DNA of 64,000 nucleotides from assembly GCF_009914755.1 (NCBI RefSeq), contig NC_060932.1. One strand, given 5' to 3'. Source of the DNA: the human T2T-CHM13v2.0 reference genome, Homo sapiens. Positions 57,341 through 64,000 of this stretch are shown one piece after another. The number at the start of each line of letters is the position of its first letter. Position 1 is the stretch's first letter. The notes under the pieces were generated by a model. The model worked only from the letters and a program-made list of their open reading frames with translations, had not been told where the DNA came from and did not search any database. The translations under genes were made by a program, and so were the position numbers.

Positions 57341-59932
57341 TAATGGCCTCCAGCTGCGTCCATATTGCTGCAAAGTACATGATTTTGCTCTTTTTTGTGG
57401 GTGCATAGGTGCACAGGTACCACATTTTCTTCATCTAGTTGATGGGCACCTAGGTGGCCTCCATGTCTTTGCTATTGTGAATAGTGCTGCTATGAACATA
57501 CGAGTACATGTGTCTTTTTGGTAAAACAATTTCTTTTCCTTTGGGTGTATACCCAGGAATGGGATTGTTGGGCAGGGTCACTTTAACTGTGTTTGCATTT
57601 TGCACACTCTGCCAAGGCACCTGTCCAGGGCAGAGAGTGGAGCCTGAAACCCAGCCTGTGTTCCTCTCACCAAGTATTATTGACTATGTGTCTGGCTCGG
57701 AGTAGGTGTATTTTTCCTCTTTGTCTCCCTAAAGCAGAAGGCTTTTCTAAATTTGTCCAGTCATCTTCTAGACTAACCAAGGCCATGTAGACCCACCTCT
57801 AATGTTGTCTGCTCCACAGAGCCTTTCTGAACCTGCTCAGGAAGAGGTGGGCCTTCGCTTCTATGCCTCTGTGCACTTACTCATTCCTCAATGGGAGCCC
57901 TTGCTGAGCAGCAAACCTGCCCTGTGCCCCTGGGTCTGCCTTGCTCAGCCCAGCCCACAAGCTCCTGAACTTCGGTGTCTGTTCAGTGTTTGAAAACAGT
58001 TGGCCACAGATCACTAATTGCTGGCACTAGGGCTCGAGTGCCGACTCCTCAAACTTCTGTCTCGTCATTCCCACCTCTACTTCATCGTGAGTCCTCACCT
58101 CCTCCCCAGCTCTGTGGTTTGCTCCAGTTCCAAGGAGACTCCACCTGTTTTGAAACTGACAAACACCTGAGGACCTGAGTTCATTCAGACCAGCTCCCTG
58201 GCCTAAGGCACAGACATGTAAGATGGACATAAGCTGGGGAATCATAGCACAGGTAAATGATACAAGCAGCCTTCCTTGACTTCCTGCTCCCATTCCCCAT
58301 TCTGGATCAGATGTTCTTCTGGGCTCCACAGCACTGGGTGCTTGTCCTATTATAGTATCATAATGAACCACTGGCCTTTTTGTCCCGAGGGGTCACTTCA
58401 GTCATCCTTTTACTTATGTGAATGAAAGGCAAGTGGGCACCAGTGATCCAGAGATCAGAGTGCCACAGGAAACTTTAGCAACAACTCTCTTTATCCTCGG
58501 CACACAAAGCTCTAGGAGAAGCGGTGGGAATAGGGGCAGGGCCTTGCTGGCAGGGCCCAGTCCTCACCCTACTTGAATAATAAGCAGGGTCCTCAGGGAG
58601 GGAAGGGGCTGATCCCCCAGCTTCTGCAATCTTAAGAGTGGAAGATAGGAAGCTCTTTCAGGGTGGACATGGTTCTGACTGATGCTTATGGCTGGAAACA
58701 GGCAACAGGTCCCATGAGATAAAGTTGTTTCAAGGAAATGGGAGGCTAGGCTGGGCCTTGGGCTCCACACAAGGGTCTGAGAGTTGGAGGAGGAGGCTAG
58801 ACCAGCTCTGAATGTGGTTGATGCTGGAAGTTTCTCCAGACCAAGGAACCTGGGCCCAGAGCTTAGGCTTTGGAGAACCATGACTTAGTGGAGGAGTGGA
58901 AACCAGAAAGGGACACCCACTCAGATGGCAGCTCCACAGAGTGGGTGGGATCGGGACCTGTGGGCGCCGGCTGCAGCAGCAGACGAGCACCATCTTTTTG
59001 GCTCTGCAGGCCTCGTAGTCCACAGCAACATCAGAAGAAGTGGGAGTGTCGGGAGATGACTCTGCTCTTCTCTGCTCCTGTATGGCAAGGCCCTTCTCCC
59101 ACTCCCACCCCACTGGACTAAGCCAACAGGGTTATGTCTGAAAGGAAGCATGGAGGCCCTAAAGACGAGTATACCAGCCCTTCTGCTGATACTGGTATGA
59201 GTTATTAATTGGAAAAATAAAATCAAATGAGTGCATTTGACCATAAGTCTATGAAACAAGTTATACTGAATATAAATGTACATTACAATTATCTGCTTAT
59301 GTCTCTTTTTCTTCCACTAGATTGAGGGATTTGGAGGCAGGAGTCATGCCATTCACATCTCTAAATCCCCAGCACCCAATATAGTGCCTGCCCCTTAATA
59401 GGCCCTCAATAAATGTTCATAGGCCTAAGATAAATTAATAAGTGGGTAGTTTGATTTTCTTCAGATTCAAAGTCAGTGTATTCTAAGGCTGGAGATGATA
59501 ATGATGGAACATGCCAGCTGTGTCCAGGGTGCTTGTGTGGCAAATACAGAGATGCACTAGCTCTAGTCTTGTCCTGGAGGAGCTTACAGTCCATGAAGCA
59601 GAAAGACACACCTCTCTACTGAGGTGTGATAAGATATATACTAATGACTCAAATTAAGAATCATGGAGCAGCAGGAGCTGTTCATTCCAACACAGGACTT
59701 AGAGAAGGCTTCAGGGTTTTTTTGAGCAGGGCTTTAAAGGATGAAACTAATTTTAGCATTTGGTGAGGAAGGACATTTCAGGCTGAAGAAATAGATAAAG
59801 GCACGAAAACATTATTCAGAGGCATTTAAAGACTATATAGGAAGAATGAAAAGCAGGTGGCAGAATGCTATGACTGGCTCACTAATATAGCAGTTGGGAG
59901 AAAGACTAGAATATCTGTCAAGAAAAGAGGGT

Positions 59933-60950
59933 GTGTCAGTCAAGATAGGCTAAGTTATGCTGTGGTAACAAGCAGTCCCAATATCTTAGTGGCTTATAAG
60001 AACAAAGGTTGATTTTTCACTCATATCACACACCTATTGTGAGTCACCTGGAGGCTAGCCTCCATGTCTCCTCACAAACTCAGGATGTGGGTAATCACGG
60101 AGACAGAAGGAAAGTGAACTCTGGAGAGACTCATCTCATAATCAAATGCTTCACTGGAACACATCACTTCTGGCTGCATCTGGTTGGCTGGAACTGGTCA
60201 CATGACTGTACCTCCCACAAAGGGGCTAGGAAGTGCTTTTTTTTTTTTTAATTATACTGTAAGTTCTGGAATACATGTGCAGAACGTGCAGGTTTCTTAG
60301 ATAGGTAAACACATGCCATGGTGGTTTGCTGCACCCATCAACCCATCATCTACATTAGATATTTCTTCTAATGCTATCCCTCTCCTAGCCCCCCACTCCC
60401 CAGCAGGCCCTGGTGTGTGATATTCCCCTCCCTGTGTCCATATGTTCTCATTGTTCAACTCCCACTTATGAGTGAGAACATGTAGTGTTTGGTTTTCTGT
60501 TCCTGTGTTAGTTTGCTAAGAATGATGGCTTCTAGCTTGATTCATGTCTCTGCAAAGACATGAACTCATCCTTTTTTATGGCTGCATAGTAGTCCATGGT
60601 GTATATGTGCCACATTTTCTTTATCCAGTCTATTATTGATGGGCATTTGGGTTGGTTCCAAGTCTTTGCTATTGTGAATAGTGCTTCAATAAACATATGT
60701 GTTCATGTGTCTTTATAGTAGAATGATTTATAACCCTTTGAGTATATATCCAGTAATGGGACTGCTGGGTCAAATGGTATTTCTGGTTCTAGATCCTTGA
60801 GGAATCGCCACACTGTCTTCCACAATGGTTGAACTAATTTACACTCCCCCCACAAGTGTAAAAGCATTCCTATTTCCAGGAAGTGCTTTCTGACCCCATA
60901 GGTGAAGGGCGAGAAATACCTGGTTACTCCAAATGGCAATGGCAAGATTG
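59933..60950 (-). mobile_element. Old MLT1 LTR split by L1
   Basis: gtcagtcaagataggctaagttatgctgtggtaacaa...cttagtggctta; ggtcacatgac...aaggggctaggaagtg. Confidence 0.65.
60240..60877 (-). mobile_element. 5'-truncated L1PA (about PA7-PA8)
   Basis: Poly-T plus antisense 3'UTR and ORF2 end; 12-bp TSD aggaagtgcttt at 60228-60239 and 60878-60889. Confidence 0.95.
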
Positions 60951-61019
60951 AACCCTCTTGAAAGGATAGAACCAAGGGCCTGAAATTCATTCCTTGATGG
61001 TGGGTAGTGATGGTAGTAG

Positions 61020-61064
61020 GTTTGTGTGTGTATGTGTTGTGTGTGCATGTGTGTGTGCATGTGT
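61020..61064. repeat. Degenerate (TG)n
   Basis: Directly visible. Confidence 0.8.
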
Positions 61065-61224
61065 AGGGAAGTAGGGTGCAATGTACATGCCGGGAAAAGG
61101 GCATGCCTCCCTTTTTTTGTTTTTAAAGATGTTAGAGTTCATTATGTAACATTTTTTGTAGCAATCACTGATAGGCCTGATTAGATATTGTCTTTTCTAA
61201 TCTGAACCCCTACAGAAAGATAAT

Positions 61225-61405
61225 GTCTTTTTCCTTCTTTCTTCACATCCTCTTCCCTTCCCCCCTCTCCCTCCCCTCCCCCTCTCCTCCCCTCCCCTCC
61301 CCTCCCCTCCCCTCCCCTCCCCTTCCTTCCTTCCTTCCTTCCTTCCTTCCTACCTTCCTTCCTTCCTTCCTTCCTCTTTCCTTCCTTCCCTTCTTTTTCT
61401 CTTTG
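61225..61405. repeat. Polypyrimidine (CCCCT)n(CCTT)n tract
   Basis: About 180 bp nearly pure C/T, adjacent to an L1M 3' fragment at about 61410-61535. Confidence 0.92.
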
Positions 61406-62208
61406 TTTCCAAAATAAACTTCACATTTTGGAATAGTTTTAGATTTACAGCAAAGTTGAAAAGATAGTACAGAAGTTCCCATACACCCCTCATTCAGTTT
61501 CAGTTTTCCCTAATGTTATCATCTTACATTTCTGTTGTACTCCTTTAGGTTTTAGGTATTCAACCCCTTGAGGACTACATCCTTCTTGGCCCCAAACTTC
61601 CCTGGTATTCCTCAGGGAACTATGGGTGGTGGTGGTCCTGGCTTGAAGACTTAAGAGCTATGTTTTCTGTTGGTGGTAGACATGTCTGGGCTTGTCTAGA
61701 GGCCAATGAGGCCAGACTTCTAGGGAGTGTGAGCAGGAGGGACTGACAAGTCCCTTAGGAGAGTGAGAGAGAGTGGAGGTGGAGATGCCTAAATAGTTGG
61801 TATGAAGGGCAGGGTTGGTGTTGGAAGGAAGGAGGTTTTGAGCTCAGCAGGGAGTGTCTTTCGGGAGCACATGCCCTCTCTGATGGTTACAGGATGGAGC
61901 TGGAATCAAGCTCTGCGAAGGACAGAGCAAAAAGCCTGGAGTGCTCTGTGAAGCACACTCAGTGGAGCATGGGCTGAGGTGTGGGTGAAGGGATGTTGTG
62001 CCTTTGAGACACAATGGGCCAGGACACCGTGGCCTGAGGCAGGGCCAGACCACCTTGTTTCTGGATGGAGCCAGAGCTCTGGGGACATGGCTGTGGCAGG
62101 AGACAAACTCCAACCAAGAGCCCAGAATGTGGCTTTCTTTAGCATGAGTGAGCATCTTTTTGGGGACTTCCTGGGAAAGAGCTAGGTAGAGGTGGTTGTG
62201 TTAGGGGG

Positions 62209-62837
62209 TGTAGGGGCAAAAGGTGGGATACCTTTCCTCACCCATCATAAGGGTCACAGCAAATGACCCTATAATAAAAGACAGGTTAACAAGAGAAAAG
62301 CATAATGAATTACTTAATCGAAGTTTTAGGTGATGTGGGAACCTTCAGAAATGAAGACCCAGGGACCCAGGGAAATTGCCTGTGTTTATGCTTAGGTTGA
62401 TGATGAATGGACAGCCATGTGGAAGTGTGGTTGGACAGAGGGGTGTGATCTAATGGTCATGGACTGAGCGGGGAAGCACACAAGGCCTGCCCAGATTCTT
62501 CGTGGAGTCTCTGTAGAGTACTCTTTCCTCCTGGGTATGGGGCTGGACCCGTCTGGATTGAGGATCTTCAAGGGAGAAGGGAGTGACCTTAGCAGTTTTA
62601 CAGCTTGCTTTGTGGGAAAGGGGTTCTAGTTTCTATGACCTGCCTTGGGGGAGAGGAATTCTGGTTTCTAAATGACTCACTTTGTAGGAGAAAGAGGGGG
62701 CGGGAGACAAGATAACTAAAGAAGGTCAGAAAGACCTTTCTGCTGAGGCCCTTCCAATCTCCTTTAGTTCAAAATACTCAGTGCTTTGAGGGTTACAAGG
62801 CACCATATTTTGGGATATTATGTTCTGAGCCCCAACA
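62209..62837 (-). mobile_element. ERV1 MER4-group solo LTR (MER31/MER67-like)
   Basis: Minus strand starts tgttggggctcagaa and ends cccctaca; aaaagacaggttaacaagagaaaagcat motif; 4-bp TSD gggg at 62205-62208 and 62838-62841. Confidence 0.85.
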
Positions 62838-63686
62838 GGGGTCACAAGTTGCCTCTCAAATTCTGTGTTGGTGCTGTCCTTGGGACCCTGTTGTACCCCC
62901 ATGGCAAGTATGGCTGGGAAAATATGAGTGACTCTTACGTCTGGATACTTGGTAAATATTGTTGACTCACTGCTCCTCACCCTCTCATGTGAAGGAAAGT
63001 CCCCAGAGCCCAGGGCCCAAAGAGATGAGTTTGGCTTTGGCCTGGGCTCCTCAAATATGAGACAGCTTGGCACCTGAGAGATATTAGTAGACAAGAGTGA
63101 TCTGACCCCAGGACTCTTGAGCTGAGAAGAGGGGCTTCCATAGAGGAAGACGATGCTGTGTCTCATCCAAGGAACGATCTTGAGAAGTGGGGTGATTCTG
63201 TGAGTATCACCCTCAGGAATGAAAGCAGAACTGAAGAGCTTGAAGAGGCTTCCAGAGACCATCCCCCAGGGAGGAGCCAGTGTCAGGAGCCTAAGAACTT
63301 TGTGGCATTCTGTGTTCTCTACGTTATTGTCTGTTGCTTAGTGGGGTTTGTAGGCTTGTCTTTGGGGGCAACAAAGGGTTGGGACACAAAGTCATTCTCA
63401 GAAGAAGGAAAGCCTGGAAGGCAAGCCGTGGGGCAGCAGCATGAAAGAAAGGAAGTCCCTGGGCATGGGAGGGAAAACACCCATTTAGACAAAGAAGTGA
63501 CCTTGGGCTTCTCTTTCTTGGTAGAAGAAGGGCTGTGTGGTCTGTAGCAAGTCAGTGAGGGTTGGAACCCCTACATCTGCTCCCAGCCTATTCATTCCAG
63601 TGATTTCTGCCATTTTGGTCAAGGACACCACTGTCTCTTGGTGTCCCAGGCTAGAAAGCCGCGTCATTTTTGTGGTGTGTCCTTCA

Positions 63687-63766
63687 GTCCATAATGAACA
63701 AACTTGTACTGAGGGTCAATGGGCTGTCCATAATGAACAAACTTGTACTGAGGGTCAATGGGCTGT
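63687..63766. repeat. Perfect 39-bp tandem duplication
   Basis: gtccataatgaacaaacttgtactgagggtcaatgggct occurs twice, followed by gt. Confidence 0.97.
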
Positions 63767-63945
63767 GCACTGTATTGAGTACTTTATATATATTTTTTGC
63801 ATTTAATCCTCATAATAATCTCATGAGATGTGTTTCATTGCTCTTATTTTACAAATGATGAAATTTATGCTAACTGAGATGTAGTAACGAACCCAAACTG
63901 AAGCTAATGTGCCTGATGCCAGCCGCCACATTCTTTTCATACCTC
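63730..63945 (-). mobile_element. MIR
   Basis: catttaatcctcataataatc...attttacaaatgatgaaa. Confidence 0.7.
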
Positions 63946-64000
63946 ATGCTGCTGCTTAGAGTTCTCTGTGTTTGTCATCCCTACAAGATCAACATTTCTG

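Overview
This is primate (human-like) nuclear non-coding DNA. It is CpG-depleted with no CpG island, and I see no credible protein-coding exon, RNA gene or CRISPR array. The listed ORFs are chance frames or translations of repeats. The window is a mosaic of about 15 Alus (J/S type), several 5'-truncated L1PA/L1PB ends with target-site duplications (TSDs), old L1M, L2 and MIR fragments, ERVL/MaLR/ERV1 LTRs, DNA-transposon MITEs and microsatellites. Family names come from my recall of consensus sequences; subfamily calls and the edges of old repeats are approximate. I found no evidence of a novel biological system. The most interesting structures not explained by ordinary repeat annotation are: (1) a ~298-bp inverted local copy inserted into an L1M and bracketed by a 15-bp direct repeat; (2) a ~250-bp direct duplicate of an ancient LTR segment nearby; (3) a 78-bp dispersed duplicate; (4) a tail-less internal L1 ORF2 fragment nested with an Alu inside an older L1; (5) an ERVL integrase/dUTPase fossil still attached to its polypurine tract and LTR; (6) an L1PB with a probable micro 3' transduction; and (7) several motif-dense unique stretches that are candidate enhancers.
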